From NCBI GenBank assembly GCA_002269645.1, contig NIVC01003431.1, positions 1 through 64,000 of the forward strand: a stretch of DNA of 64,000 nt, given 5' to 3'. This document shows, piece after piece, positions 22,620 to 48,001 of this stretch (its first letter is position 1; each line of letters starts with the position of its first letter). Source of the stretch: Macrostomum lignano (taxonomy: Eukaryota). Both the position numbers and the translations under genes were made by a program. Under the pieces are notes generated by a model. The model saw only the letters and a program-made list of their open reading frames with translations, was not told the origin of the DNA and made no database searches.

Positions 22620-23385
22620 GGCGGGGCGGATTGTGGAGGGTAAAGACCCAAGGGAGCGGATTCTAGAGGATAAAGACCGAAGGGAGCGGAATCTGGAGGG
22701 TAAATACTCAAGGGGCAGATTCTGGACGGTAATTAAGACCCAAGGTGGGGGCAGATTCTTGAGGGTAGAGACTCAAGGGGCGGATTCTGGAGGGTAAAGT
22801 AAAGACCCAAGGGGGGGGCGGATTCTGGGGGGTAAAGACCCAAAGGGGCGGATTCTGGAGGGTAAAGACCCAAAGGGGGCGGATTCTGGGAGGTAAAGAC
22901 TCGAGGGGGCGGAGTCTGGGGGTTAAAGACCCAAAGGGGTCGGATTCTGGAGGGTAAAGACCCAAAGGGGGCGGATTCTGGAGGGTAAAGACCAAAGGGG
23001 GCGGATTCTGGAGGGTAAAGACCAAAGCGGGCGGATTCTGGAAGGGGGCGGATTCTTGAAGGGGCGGATTCTGGAAGGGGCGGATTCTGGAAGGGGGCGG
23101 ATTCTGGAAGGGGGCGGATTCTGGAAGGGGGCGGATTCTGGAAGGGGGCGGATTCTGGAAGGGGGCGGATTCTGGAAGGGGGCGGATTCTGGAAGGGGGC
23201 GGATTCTGGAAGGGGGCGGATTCTGGAAGGGGGCGGATTCTGGAAGGGGGCGGATTCTGGAAGGGGGCGGATTCTGGAAGGGGGCGGATTCTGGAAGGGG
23301 GCGGATTCTGGAAGGGGGCGGATTCTGGAAGGGGGCGGATTCTGTAAGGGGGCGGATTCTGGAAGGGGGCGGATTCTGGAAGGGG
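22620..23385. repeat. G-rich minisatellite, second copy
   Basis: Same units as 16120-16950. Confidence 0.95.
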
Positions 23386-23730
23386 GCACCGGGCAGAGGG
23401 GGCGTCTCTGATTTGGTGAAAATTCGCTTGGTCCCTCAAAACCCTTTGAATTTTTTTTTCAGGTCTCCGCCCTCCCCCCACTGGTCATAGACCGACTTAA
23501 ACTTAAGTGTCAGTAAGAATTATTCCTGATTTTTCAGTTTCATTCTCAACTAACTACCATTTGGCTCGGGCACCTCGATCGGGACTCGTACGAGCTATTA
23601 GATTTTCGCATAAATTTTGGACATTCTTTCGTTGTGTGATCATCTACAAACGTGCATATGAGGGTCGGGGCTTTCGTTGTACGATCTCCCGTAATTTAAT
23701 AACAATCTTAATGGATTATGAAAAAGGACA

Positions 23731-23780
23731 AAAAATATGGAACGCTTCACGAATTTGCGTGTCATCCTTGCGCAGGGGCC

Positions 23781-23820
<40 letters not shown>

Positions 23821-23837
23821 ACTGCCGAAGCAAGTAC
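23731..23837 (-). ncRNA. RNU6: U6 snRNA gene, copy 2
   Basis: Same U6 sequence and upstream TATA as copy 1. Confidence 0.97.
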
Positions 23838-25244
23838 GATCCTGTAGGATTCGGATCCGTATATATACTGACAAAAAATAGAGGTGCAGAGACTGAACCG
23901 CTCGTTTTCGTAGCGAGGTTAACAGCCCTTGCTAAAATCAAAATTTCATCAACATCAATCGTAAATATTACCTAAAAATGACAAAACGGTGTTAAAACAG
24001 TTATTAATTCATTTTATACGACTTTATTGAGTTCTTTACTCACCAATTTTTATTAAATAAAGCAATAATTGTGTGCTAAACTTGTAAAACAAGCGTAAAC
24101 TACTTGCAGTAGAGCTATTTGCATGCTTTGTCAACTATCCGATCTGTGAAAGAAAAATTGTACTGAAGTAAGTTGAATTAAACACAATTAATTTTCGGAA
24201 TGAAACTTGAAAGAACGAAAAAAGAACAGAAAGACCAAGACATGACTGAAATTGTTATATAAGAGGATTAGCATCAATAAATTCGAGCGTAAGGGATTAG
24301 GCCAGGAAGCCACTTTTCCGAGAAAGAAATTGATAATTAAATGCTTGGGTTGAGTTGACTACCCAACTACTAAGAAAAATAAATGTTGCTTTTTCCGTAT
24401 TCAGTAGCAGTTTTCAGGCCACTCGCACCCACTTTTAAATTCTTTACTCATACTGACTGGGCTGATACATTCATACCTACCTGCCTACCACTCCGCCCAC
24501 CCATCCAAAAATCCAGCTTGGCTATTCAATTACAATAGCCTAAATAATAAGTTGTCCAAGTGTCTTTGGAATGAAATCCATTTTTTTAAATACTCGCTCT
24601 TCATATAGAAACCATACAACTGCAAAATCGCAGCTCATATTGTATTGGCTAAACGTTATACTTTTTTACACTACAACACAATGGAGTTATAGAAGCTACT
24701 AAACTGCGTAAGAAAATTAAGAATGACTGACAGCAAAGGAAAACCCACTTGTGAGTTTGAGACCACTGACTGACATGCTAAACTGCTATAAAGCTGTATG
24801 ACCTCTCACTCTCTTTCTCTCTTTCTTTGCCAGAGCTGTCTGTCTGCCATGCAGTGCTCCACATCTATTGTTCTCCTTAAGAGGTCCAGCTCTGCAGCTC
24901 TCTTCTCTCCACCTTCCCACCACGCCACCTCGGCTGCTGCTGCTGCTGCTGCTGCTGCTGTCTGCTACCAGGCGATTTTAATGGCCTCTCCACACTCTAA
25001 TACAGCCCTAAAGGCTCCATTTTTTCACCCTGGGCTCTCTCTTCTCTCTCTCTGGCCCCCTTAGCTAGCTTGGCCCCTCTTAACCCCTGTCAATCAAAAT
25101 GCGCCCCCCAAACTCTTTCCTCACTTCACCCCGCTTGGCGTCAATGATTCACTTCTGTTGAAATACAAGGCGCTCTCTTCAACTAGGAGTCTGGAGTGGT
25201 CAACTCCTTAACAAAATTTGTTTGGTTTTGACTGCCTGCTTCAG

Positions 25245-25800
25245 TGCTTCGGCGCCAAAATGAGTGGCCTGCATCATCGGCGCCAAAATGAGTGGCCTGC
25301 ATAATCGGCGCCAAAATGAGTGGCCTGCATAATCGGCGCCAAAATGAGTGGCCTGCATAATCGGCGCCAAAATGAGTGGCCTGCATCATCGGTGCCAAAA
25401 TGAGTGGCCTGCATCATCGGCGCCAAAATGAGTGGCCTGCATCATCGGCGCCAAAATGAGTAGCCTGCATCGGCGCCAAAATGAGTGGCCTGCTTCGGCG
25501 CCAAAATGAGTGGCCTGCATCATCGGCGCCAAAATGAGTGGCCTGCATCATCGGTGCCAAAATGAGTGGCCTGCATCATCGGCGCCAAAATGAGTGGCCT
25601 GCATCATCGGCGCCAAAATGAGTAGCCTGCATCGGCGCCAAAATGAGTGGCCTGCTTCGGCGCCAAAATGAGTGGCCTGCATCATCGGCGCCAAAATGAG
25701 TAGCCTGCATCGGCGCCAAAATGAGTGGCCTGCATCATCGGCGCCAAAATGAGTGGCCTGCTTCGGCGCCAAAAATGATTGAATGCTTTGGCGCCAAAAT
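25245..25800 (-). repeat. Inverted ~25-bp variant of the 21-bp satellite
   Basis: The reverse complement of CGGCGCCAAAATGAGTGGCCTGCATCAT contains GCAGGCCACTCATTTTGGCGCCG. Confidence 0.85.
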
Positions 25801-27309
25801 GAGCATGGCCTGCAGCGCAAAAAGTCAGTACTTACAAACAACACCAATTCCAAAAAAATATTATGAGAATTTTTCGTTTAGGATTACTTAGTCTTGTCCC
25901 AGGGATTCAGAGAGTGTACATGGCTGATCGAGCGTGTGCATCAGTGCTTTGCCTGCGGTACAGCATTGGAAAGTTTAAAACGATGCTTTAATTTTCTCTC
26001 AACCGGAGTTCTATTTCAAAATCTCCTTGATATTTCAATTCCCAGTCCTTCTGGTCCTCTCCAGCCAACCAGAATTATTCTCGGCAAAGTTATGACCCAC
26101 AGCTTGCACCACTTTCATTTCTTCAGTGCAGTAGGAGAGAGAGACATTGTGTCGCGTGCAGTGTGGCCACAGTTATTACTGAGTGGCACAGGACTGGCGC
26201 ACAGCCCCAGCCAATCAAATTGCAATTGCCTGTCAGTTTTATAGCGTGCTAAAGCTTCATCATCCATCAACATTAACAGCAGCATCATTCATTCATTCAC
26301 TGTCGCTATTTAAAAAGTATAAACTCCACAGGACAAAATTGCATTCGTAATTATCTCTAAACAGGTTTTGATTGACAGCAGGCTTCAGAGAGGAGCTTTC
26401 CAACTGCAAAAATTGTTATATTTTTTTTCCGATAAAAATACTAAAGGTTGATCGAAACAGCTCGATCGTCATAATCCTGTCCAGCCCCCCGCCGTGTCAA
26501 TGGAGCTGCTCATCTTGACTCTAAAATGGTGAGCCATCAGTTTTGAATACAAAATCTTGTTCTTCAACACAGCTGTCTTACAGAAGCAACAGCAACAATT
26601 CCTAAAAGGATTTGAAAAGAATTGAAAGACACATGCCACCATCAAGATCCTAATTCCCAAATCTTCACAAGAAGTGGGTGCTCGATTCCCCAGAGGCAAG
26701 CTTCATCTGTGCGTGACCTGTTGAAGGCATGCAGAGCTGGTCTTTTAGCAGAGACAAACTTCATTCTCCAAAAGACAGTTTATTTTAAATTCCCCGATAA
26801 CACTGACGGGATGCTCCTCCCCCCCCCCCCCAGCGTTGTAAAAACATCCTTCTCTCCTCTAATAGCGCGCACTTGCAAGTCCCCAGCAGATCGCTGTCCC
26901 CTGTGTCAACAGCAACCAAAAACTCTAAACCAGAAATAGCAGGACACCAATTACTGATGGAGGATTTATGGCGCCTCCACTGAGAGCTTGATTGACTTTT
27001 TCCACCATTGGAAATTTCCACCCGGCCATCTATACCAGCTGCACCAGCTGTTGGAATGCAAACTATAATGTTATAAAACTATCTATAGATTGCTTGCTTT
27101 CATTCAAGATGTAGTTCTAGATGATGCATTGAAATCTGTTCGTGACAATTCGTTAAATCAGCTCATGTTTTACGAGCTAGGGAGGTGGGCATGGGAACCA
27201 AGTTAGGATAGTATAGGTTTGTTCAAGCTTTTATTCTTTTTTAACTTGCCTTTCTCGAACATAACTATGTTTGGGTTGCCTCACTTTCCTCAGTTATTTG
27301 TTTGTTCGC

Positions 27310-27660
27310 TCTTCATCTACCTCTCCCTCTACCTCTCCCTCTCCCTCTACCTCTCCCTCTCCATCTTCATCTACCTCTCCCTCTACCTCTCCCTCTCCCT
27401 CTACCTCTCCCTCTCCATCTTCATCTACCTCTCCATCTACCTCTCCATCTACCTCTCTCTCTACCTCTCCCTCTACCTCTCCCTCTACCTCTCCCTCTAT
27501 CCCTCCCTCTCCATCTCCCTCTCCATCTCCATCTACCTCTCCCTCTACCTCTCATTCTCTATCTACCTCTCCATCTACCTCTCTGTCTACCTCTTCCTCT
27601 CCCCCTTTCTCCCTCAACCTCTCCCTCAACCTCTCCCTCTCCCTCTCCCTCAACCTCAAC
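27310..27660. repeat. CT-rich low-complexity repeat
   Basis: (CTCTACCTCTCC)-like tandem. Confidence 0.85.
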
Positions 27661-28504
27661 CTATATCCCTCGCTCTTCCTCTACCACTGCCTCTGTTGTC
27701 TCTTCTATCTCTCCCTATCTCCCTCTGTTCCTCGCTTATTTTTAATCCTACCACATAAAATATTGATTTCATAGATGACAATTTAAACCCTCACAAAAGC
27801 ATTTTGAGATGGCAGTCAACACGCAAGCATGATTGTAAATGCACAGACATTAATTTTAATTAACTTTGCCGTGCAACCAAATATCCTTATCATTACCGTT
27901 TCGTAGAGTAGTTAAGTTAAGTTAAGTTAATAATGAAATTAAATTCAGGCTAGAATTTTAACGCCAGCTAAAATCTATACATACAATAATGTAAGCATGC
28001 AAACGATGACCATTCACAGACATTGAATAAGAAATTTTAAACAGGTTCAATTCCACCCAGATCTTTGATAACGTATATATTAGTTAAATTAATCAGTATG
28101 CTGATTGAAATCTGGATATCATTGCAAGCGTCAATCAACCAAGCTGCCACCCACCCGTAGTGCATTTTAAATAAGTTGTAAAGTTATAAATGTGTCTACC
28201 AATGCTATAGCATACCAGTCAGCTTTCTGCACCATAATATGGTTGAAGGAATCACCTGTGTAAGTCTTTGTTTATAAATTAGACAAGCAGACTGACTGAC
28301 AGACTGACTTCTGATTCTGCGGGGGGGGGTCGTGCTAAGGCGCTTATGCAAAGACAGAAGGGCAGTGATGGCAATGAAATATATATTCTTGAAGGATCAG
28401 GTTGTGACACTTGCCTACATATCATCTGGGTTAATAGGCAGACAAAGGCATTGCGGAATGATGGATATATTAAAGTTCATTAAATGCTTTCTCTCATCTA
28501 GTAC

Positions 28505-28850
28505 AGAGGGGCGCCAGAATCTAGAGTAGAATGGCGCCGGAATCTAGAGTAGAATGGCGCCGGAATCTAGAGTAGAATGGTGCCATAATCTAGAGTAGAA
28601 TGGCGCCATAATCTAGAGTAGAATGGCGCCAGAATCTAGAGTAGAATGGCGCAAGAATCTAGAGAAAATTGGTGCCAGAATCTAGAACCGGGAGACGCCA
28701 GAATCTAGATCGAGGGGGCGCCAGAATCTAGAGCAGATTAGCGCCAGAATTCAGAACAGGGAGGCGCCAGAATCTAGAGCACATTGGCGCCAGAATTCAA
28801 TACTGGGAGACGCCAGAATTTAGAAATAGGAGGCGCCAGAACGGTGCCAG
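28505..28850. repeat. 23-bp GGCGCCAGAATCTAGA minisatellite
   Basis: Visible tandem array, related to 37872-38250. Confidence 0.85.
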
Positions 28851-30269
28851 ATCTCTAGAAACTAGGAAATGGCAACATGAAGTTGCATGTTGGTTGATTT
28901 ACCTTAACGAAACATGGAAACAACTAACCGACTAATGTGCTTATTAATCTCCAAGCGAATTAAATTCCCATCCAAATCATCAATGACTCAGACCTATCAA
29001 TAATGCCATTCCCCATGAGGGCAGAGAAAACGAACGGTAGAAGTTGCCTTGAAGCCTTGAAGTCGAGCTACCACGCTTGTAACTTCATTTGCGAATCCCT
29101 TCGTTCTCAAACTCGAACCACGAAATCTGCATATCCTACTGACTGGATTATCTCATGTGTCACCGCCTGTAGTCACGGTGACTCAATGCAGCAAGATCTG
29201 TCGCGTCCATCCGGGATCTGGGTGGAGATGCTTGGACGCCTGTCAGATTCGATCTAGTCACTGCAGAACTCTGCTTTTTTTCTTCTTTCGAACTGGAACC
29301 GTGTAATTGATTGACACCTATGCAAAGCTGCTATAGTAGCTGAAATTGTCCCAGTTCGATCCTCATCAAAACTATCCGATTCCCCAGCCTCCGCTGGTTG
29401 GAAAATTTAATTACCGGTCCCTAACTCCAGAAAAATTGGTCCAACCAACTTGCATTTGTTAAGAGACCTCAATTGGCGTATGAGTCATGCATGCAAAAAG
29501 GTTGACTAACGAACTCTGCTCAGAAATATGTAGAGATTCAGCCACTCCCATTAGGTAACTATAAGATATAAAAAAAACTAAGAGCACCCATTAGTAGTAG
29601 CGTGGCCGCCCCCAGTGCCAGAAAAAAAGAGATTGTGTGTCAATCAAAAAAATCGTTCATTTTTTTCAAAGTCCTTGCATGGGGGCCAATGTTGAATATT
29701 GTTGCTGCTGCTGAAGCTGCATGCTGTGGGACCTGCAAGCGTTGAGTTCCTTACTCTGCGCCACTTCTCTCTCTGTCTCTGCCCCATCATGCATCATACC
29801 TGCATTTTGTCCATCAGCCTCTGCTCCCTGTCCATCAACTTGGCCAGTCGCATCCCCCACCACCCCAATGCATCCCCCCACCCCCATTATGCTTCGGCAA
29901 ACACTGGGTTGTGAAAAATCCCAACCGAAGCTTTTAGTAGCTCTGGGATCTACTAAATGGATCGCTATTATAGAGAGAAATCCCCAACACCATCCTGTGA
30001 TGGAGATGTGAAGTATTTACCTGCGTTCTCAACTCTATCCTGCTTTTAGTCCCCACGTTTGAGGCGCTGCAGAGCCTCATTCCTCATCAGGGATGGGGAA
30101 GAATGCTGCTGTGTCTGAATGGGTGGCAATTTAGGCCTGGGAAGAATTTGGGAAAATGAGAGAATGATACAGATGCCAGCATCATCATCGCGGCTGATGA
30201 AGCTCAAATATTGAACGCTCTCAGCCTCCACTTTTAGACACTTTGTCGTGTTTGCATTGGGGAATCCAC

Positions 30270-30845
30270 ACTTTGAGAAATCCGCTCTTTCTCGCTATCT
30301 ACCATCTATTGCCAGGACCTGCACCGGAGCGGTTACGAAAATTAGATTTCTCGGTAGTTGCTCGCAATCTTTTGCACTACTTGAGTAGTCTGATTTTCGA
30401 ACGGCAGGCTGGTTCCAGCAGGTAGTTCCTCTGGATAAAAGCGCTTACCGCGCCCATTGGCTTTCCAGCTGCCTTAATCGTTTCCGGTGATCTTGTGTGC
30501 GTGCATTCAGCTTGATTGGCTGCGGCAAGCAAGCTCGAAAGAGCTCGCTTCGCTCGCTCTTTCTCGCTATCTACCATCTATTGCCAGGACCTGCACCGGA
30601 GCGGTTACGAAAATTAGATTTCTCGGTAGTTGCTCGCAATCTTTTGCACTACTTGAGTAGTCTGATTTTCGAACGGCAGGCTGGTTCCAGCAGGTAGTTC
30701 CTCTGGATAAAAGCGCTTACCCCGCCCATTGGCTTTCCAGCTGCCTTAATCGTTTCCGGTGATCTTGTGTGCGTGCATTCAGCTTGATTGGCTGCGGCAA
30801 GCAAGCTCGAAAGAGCTCGCTTCGCTCGCTCTTTCTCGCTATCTA

Positions 30846-30942
<97 letters not shown>
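30270..30942. repeat. 272-bp tandem duplication running into a (TATC)n microsatellite
   Basis: GCCAGGACC occurs at 30311 and 30583. A third unit starts at ~30827 and expands into (TATC)n. Confidence 0.85.
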
Positions 30943-30978
30943 CATCATTGTCACACCACCCTCAGGCCCAGCATCATC

Positions 30979-41933
<10,955 letters not shown>

Positions 41934-43780
41934 AATTGTGCCCTGTAAAACAACACTCGCACTGTGTACTCTACGAATCCTCCAACGAAGCAATTAAGTT
42001 TGATAGGTAGATGTAGAGTGTTGTACATTGTGTACGAATTATTTGTGAGCTTATATTTTTCTACCGAATGAGCTAAACCCAGTCAGTTTTATAGACGGCA
42101 AAATAAGGTGATATTTTTGTTAGTTAAGCCTGTTAATCCTTAATTATTACCAGGATTTGAATTGTGCAACAGTCTTCTATAATGAGACGGACTCTTGCAC
42201 CCCCAACTTTAATGGTTCAGCCTTTAAATGACAAAAGTTCAGTTTGCTGACAATCGAATATTATAATTATTTTAGCTCATTTTTCAATTTCGAATTTTAA
42301 AATCACGTTTTTTAATACTATTCTGTGTTAAACTGTTGTTTAATATGTGCCTACCATGCAGTAGCATGTACCTGTGTAATGAGCTTTGAAAATGTAAATT
42401 ATTCGTCAAACGAACAAAGAACATGACTGCTACTCAATCGCCGCATTGATTGAATTTGTTTGAATCGAACAAACTGTCAAATTTGTTTCCATTTTTGCGC
42501 AGCAACTTTTGCACGTCCTTCTTGCCGCACACATATTGCTGTAAGTTTAAACAAAATGCGCACAATATGCTACTGCACACAGCAGCTGATAAGGAATGCA
42601 TATATAGAAAAGCAAATGTTCTCTTTGCTTTGTCAATTTTAATTTTGTTTTTTTTGCAAATTGTGTTCCTTTTCATCTTTCGCACTCTGCTTTCACTCGC
42701 GGGTTCAGTTGAGCTGCAAATGCTATGCTTATAGCTATTTTAATTATCAATGTGCACCCCCGCAACCCTAATTGCAATTTTTGTTTGTTTAAACGCACTG
42801 CTTGATGCGAGCTTTAAAATTCAAAATGACATGTTCAGGTTCAGGTTATGTTAATTTTAAGTTCCTATTTTGAGGGACATACTTGATGTTCATATGTGTT
42901 TATATTTATATCTTTTCTCTTTATTGTCCTTGCCAACAAAACGCAAATGCAATTCAAAATGCAATGCAATCAAAATTGCTAAAATGTACTGCTTTGATCC
43001 GTACCTGCTGCATAGGGTGTACGCACTGCACCACATGCAGTATAAAGGATCTCTGCTAGCACATTATGCAGCGTGTAAATATACTGAATTATATAATTAT
43101 ATATACAGTTTGTCCTAATAATTATTAATTCTACATGTTCAATTATCACGGCCTAACTACTAGTTCAATATTGACAATCATTTTAATTTTAGATTAGATT
43201 AAATTACAATACATACCTATATTAATTGCCTAATAACATTAATCGAATTTTAATATCAAGAATTAATGTTAGAATACTAGAAACGCTTGATGATATTGTT
43301 TAATTAATAATTAACATTCCACGATCCGTAACGAGTAGACTGGTTTCCATGGCAATTATGTAGATACAACTTGCTGGCCATGTATGAAAATTGTTGACTC
43401 CGAATTGGAGATTGTAATAAATGCTGTACACTCCTGTGTGAGTGCGTGCCTGTGCGATGACTGCATGCGTACGTATCCGCGCGCTTGTGTGCCTGTTCAG
43501 GGGGTTCGGCGGATTGGGGGGCAGTATAATGCCCCTCGCCGGTTGTGTAACAATGTCGCTTAAAGTGCGCCAGGTGCACACAGCCCCTGTCTCTAGCTAA
43601 AAAGAAAAGCATACGTTTATATGTACTGCATTACTAAAAGTACAAATTACGGCACCCGTTGTATGTCAGCATAAACCTGTACATGCATGTACGTGAACCG
43701 TTTTAGAGCTGCGCTACAATTTATGCTCACTCGTGTACGTACATGTACATATGTAGATTTACATATACTGCCATAATGGG

Positions 43781-44012
43781 CAGATGTGCAACCGACAGCT
43801 CAGCCGCAGCTATTGCGCGGCGCATCTGAAGGCTGCGTACGGCTGTTCAGTCCAAGGACTGGGGGGGTCGCTACACACCCTCAATTACCCCAGCTAATGC
43901 TGGCACCCATTTTACAGCTGGGTGAACTGAAGCAATGCAGAGTTGAGTGTCTCTTGCTCAAGGACAGAAATTGTTCCGAGTGGGTCGAGAATCGAACCCC
44001 CGACTTTTCAAG
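43781..44012 (-). mobile_element. tRNA-derived SINE-like repeat
   Basis: About 230 bp also present at 47423-47645. B-box GGTTCGATTC on the minus strand at the right end. Confidence 0.5.
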
Positions 44013-44599
44013 TCGAGCGCTGTGGTTGTCAAGAAGTAATAAAACAAAATTTTCCCTTGTGAATGTTTACAGTTTTGAGCCTATGGAGTGTAAATAAAAA
44101 TAAGAACATGAAACTTTCACTACACAATAGAGTAACATCATGTTGCGCATGCTAAATTACTCGTTTTTTAGGAAATCGGCCTACATAAAATACATGATCT
44201 TTCAGCTTCTGATCGCCCTGTTAATACTACAGTGGTCCTGCCCGCGACTGCAGCCAAATGGAATCAGTACACGTGTTCAGTGCGTATCCGGGAACTCCCC
44301 GAATTAAGTGCACCTCATCTGGAATTTGGAATTCCACAATTAGATGAGATACTGGAAATTTATAGCACTAAAAAGCTGCAGAAGACTTCCTATCCCACTA
44401 GTCCGACTGATTTTATGGCTGTCCATGCAATTGAAAGACAGAGACCTGTTGTACCTGAAGTTTGGATACATTATAAATATTGCAATTATTGTCAGACATC
44501 CAATATGGACAACTACAGGAGTAGCAAACAAAACATTTTTGATACGTCTTTTTTCGGTGTGCCACAGAATCTGGAATCATTTTATAAATTTAAAGTTTA

Positions 44600-45078
44600 C
44601 AGTTTGTTTTAGATTCTAAACACTCGATGCCACAGTTTAGTGTCGAGTTTATTTTAGATTCTAAACACTCGATGCTAGAGTTTAGTGTTGAGTTGATTTT
44701 AGATTCTAAACACTCGATGCTAGAGTTTAGTTTAGAGTTTATTTTAGATTCTAAACACTCGATGCTAGAGTTTAGTTTAGAGTTTGTTTTAGATTCTAAA
44801 CACTCGATGCTAGAGTTTAGTTTAGAGTTTGTTTTAGATTCTAAACACTCGATGCTAGAGTTTAGTTTAGAGTTTGTTTTAGATTCTAAACACTCGATGC
44901 TAGAGTTTAGTTTAGAGTTTGTTTTAGATTCTAAACACTCGATGCTAGAGTTTAGTTTAGAGTTTGTTTTAGATTCTAAACACTCGATGCTAGAGTTTAG
45001 TTTAGAGTTTGTTTTAGATTCTAAACACTCGATGCTAGAGTTTAGTTTTGAGTTCAGTTTAGATTCTAAACACTCAAA
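44600..45078. repeat. 45-bp tandem repeat with an imperfectly palindromic monomer
   Basis: TTAGATTCTAAACACTCGATGCTAGAGTTTAGTTTAGAGTTTGTT, about 10 copies. Confidence 0.9.
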
Positions 45079-45824
45079 ATTTATATTCTAGATACATCAA
45101 ACGACTGAGCTTAGTTCTGAATTTCTTATATCCACAGAATGAGCACTACGAGCTCCTACACTCAAAGCAACCAATCGCAGAAGGCCAATTTTTTAAAACA
45201 AAGAGTAAGTTGAATTGCTTTTCGTTTAGTAAATATTTAATAATAATAATAAAATTTGCGTACCAAGCAAGCGGGCATTTTATTAAAAGGTAAAAGTTGA
45301 AGCACACCAAAAGCAATATCTCATCTCTATATTGTTGTTTTCTCAATAGCAAACATAATGAATAGGCGATCTCTACTTTGTAAATATAGGAGAATTACTT
45401 GTACAGTATATTAGTAGTATTTATGCAGCAGATGTAAAACAGAAGCCTCAGACAGAGATGACAAACTGACAAACAGAGCTGATACTGTATAGATTAATGT
45501 AGGATTAGAAAATGATTACATTGGCAACTGAGAGTGAACCATAGTACAGGTAGAAAAAATACAAATAATTAAGTAAGCATTAAATGGTAATTATAACAGT
45601 ACTGGCGGTCTTGTGTTTTTAAAACGAGGAAGAGGCAAAGAGACAAAAAGTAAACAAAAAGAGAAACTTGACACTGATCAAGGCTAGATAAATAATGATT
45701 AATTGATACTGTAGTTCGACATGTATTTTATTTGACAATCATGATATTGTACACTTGAGATAAACACAAAACTTTATTTATCAGGTCGAGTGCGCCTGTA
45801 AACTTGAGACTGAGACACTATATC

Positions 45825-46620
45825 GTTCATCTCACACCTGAGTCAGCAGCTCATCAATCTCACACCTGAGCAGCTCATCAATCTCACACCTGACTGAGTC
45901 AGCATTTCATCATTCTCATCAATCCAATCATACCTGAGCAGCTCATCAATCTCACACCTGACTGAGTCAGCATTTCATCATTCTCATCAATCCAATCATA
46001 CCTGATCAGCTCATGAATCTCACACCTGACTGAGTCAGCAGCTCATCAATCTCACACCTGACTGAGTCAGCAGCTCATCAATCTCACACCTGAGCAGCTC
46101 ATCAATCTCACACCTGACTGAGTCAGCATTTCATCATTCTCATCAATCCAATCATACCTGATCAGCTCATGAATCTCACACCTGACTGAGTCAGCAGCTC
46201 ATCAATCTCACACCTGAGCAGCTCATCAATCTCACACCTGACTGAGTCAGCAGCTCATCAATCTCACACCTGACTGAGCCAGCAGCTCATCAATCTCACA
46301 CCTGAGCAGCTCATCAATCTCACACCTGAGCAGCTCATCAATCTCACACCTGAGCAGCTCATCAATCTCACACCTGACTGAGTCAGCAGCTCATCAATCT
46401 CACACCTGAGCAGCTCATCAATCTCACACCTGAGCAGCTCATCAATCTCACACCTGAGCAGCTCATCAATCTCACACCTGAGCAGCTCATCAATCTCACA
46501 CCTGAGCAGCTCATCAATCTCACACCTGACTGAGTCAGCAGCTCATCAATCTCACACCTGAGCAGCTCATCAATCTCACACCTGACTGAGTCAGCAGCTC
46601 ATCAATCTGACACTGACTCA
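45825..46620. repeat. GAGCAGCTCATCAATCTCACACCT(GACT) minisatellite
   Basis: Visible tandem array. Confidence 0.9.
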
Positions 46621-47422
46621 ACACAACCTTACAATCATTATTTACGATGCAGCTTAAAATATGTACAGTATCGCAATATGCAAAAATACTATTTAAACGC
46701 ACATAAAAATTATTATTAAAAAAATTACAAGCTTTGGCCAAATCACGATTATAGGACAGGAGGTTCACCTTTTTCATCTAAGAATATGCTTAAGTGAAAA
46801 AATGAGCTAGTTAAGATGATATTTACCGCGAGAGAAGAGAAGACTTCTACTAAGAATTTCACGCTGACCAATAACCATTGTCACAATGAAAACCCAGATA
46901 ACTTTCATTGAGCAGTTTAACCATAACTAACTTATAATAGGTTAATATGCAGTATAAAGCATAATACTAAATAGTTGATAAAGAACTAATATTGTTTTGA
47001 TCGCATATAAAGGAACCAAAGAAAAAAAGCACGACAAAAGTACAGATTAAACCAGTAAATATTTTGATCATAGGGTGGTTGGCAAAGAAAGATTATAAAC
47101 GACTTTAACCACAACCAAAGCATGCATTGAGTCAATTTTACAACTATAATTATAACGCAGAGTAAGCGTACCAAACGAAAAAAAACTGACAGCAAGAAAT
47201 TATGATAACATATTATTGTGTACGCACAGTAAAGCAAATATGCTTACTTCTGCGCTTTGTTAAAAGTACAACTGCAGCTGCAAGTTAGACAGACGGGGCT
47301 TGGCTTGCAAATTTGAGTTTTAAAGAACACGATTGTTGATGGCAACTCTTGGCAATTCGGCCCATTCCACTGGCTCCTGAGCACATAATAATAGAGTAAT
47401 TGATTACACCTACCCTAATGAG

Positions 47423-47645
47423 CAGATGTGCAACCGACAGCTCAGCCGCAGCTATTGCGCGGCGCATCTGAAGGCTGCGTACGGCTGTTCAGTCCAAGGA
47501 CTGGGGGTCGCCACACACACCCTCAATTACCCCAGCTAATGCTGGCACCCATTTTACAGCTGGGTGAATTGAAGCAATGCAGAGTTAAGTGTCTCTTGCT
47601 CAAATTGTTCTGAGTAGGTCAAGAATCGAACCCCCGACCTTTCAG
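47423..47645 (-). mobile_element. tRNA-derived SINE-like repeat, second copy
   Basis: Direct repeat of 43781-44012 with a B-box. Confidence 0.5.
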
Positions 47646-48001
47646 TCGCACATACAGGCGCGTCAATACCGTACGCAGGCACTCAGACATATACTGGCAA
47701 ATAAACAGTTTAAATAAAGCACAGAAACATGGCAGCAGTGAGATGAAAATAGCCACTTATATTTGCTACTTATGCACAGTTAAAACAATCATTTATATGA
47801 TTATTAATTAACAGACAAAACCCTTGGAACAGCAAACAGATTCAAACAGTTCAAACAGAATTCCAGCATATAGTTTTAAAACCATGAAACAACACTCCAG
47901 AGAATGCTCAAAATTTCGAATTTATTTACAAAATCTTTGTTGTTGCCTTAAAATACAATGTTTAAATACCTGTTCTTCATCTCGATATTCAGCACGCAGA
48001 C

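Noticed and set aside
15178-23490. Long repetitive ORFs (LAPQALI, QNPPPSRIRP, SACGAK)
   Set aside because: Translations of stop-free satellite monomers.
44600-45078. Palindromic 45-bp repeats resembling a CRISPR array
   Set aside because: No unique spacers, no cas genes, eukaryotic context; a simple tandem repeat.
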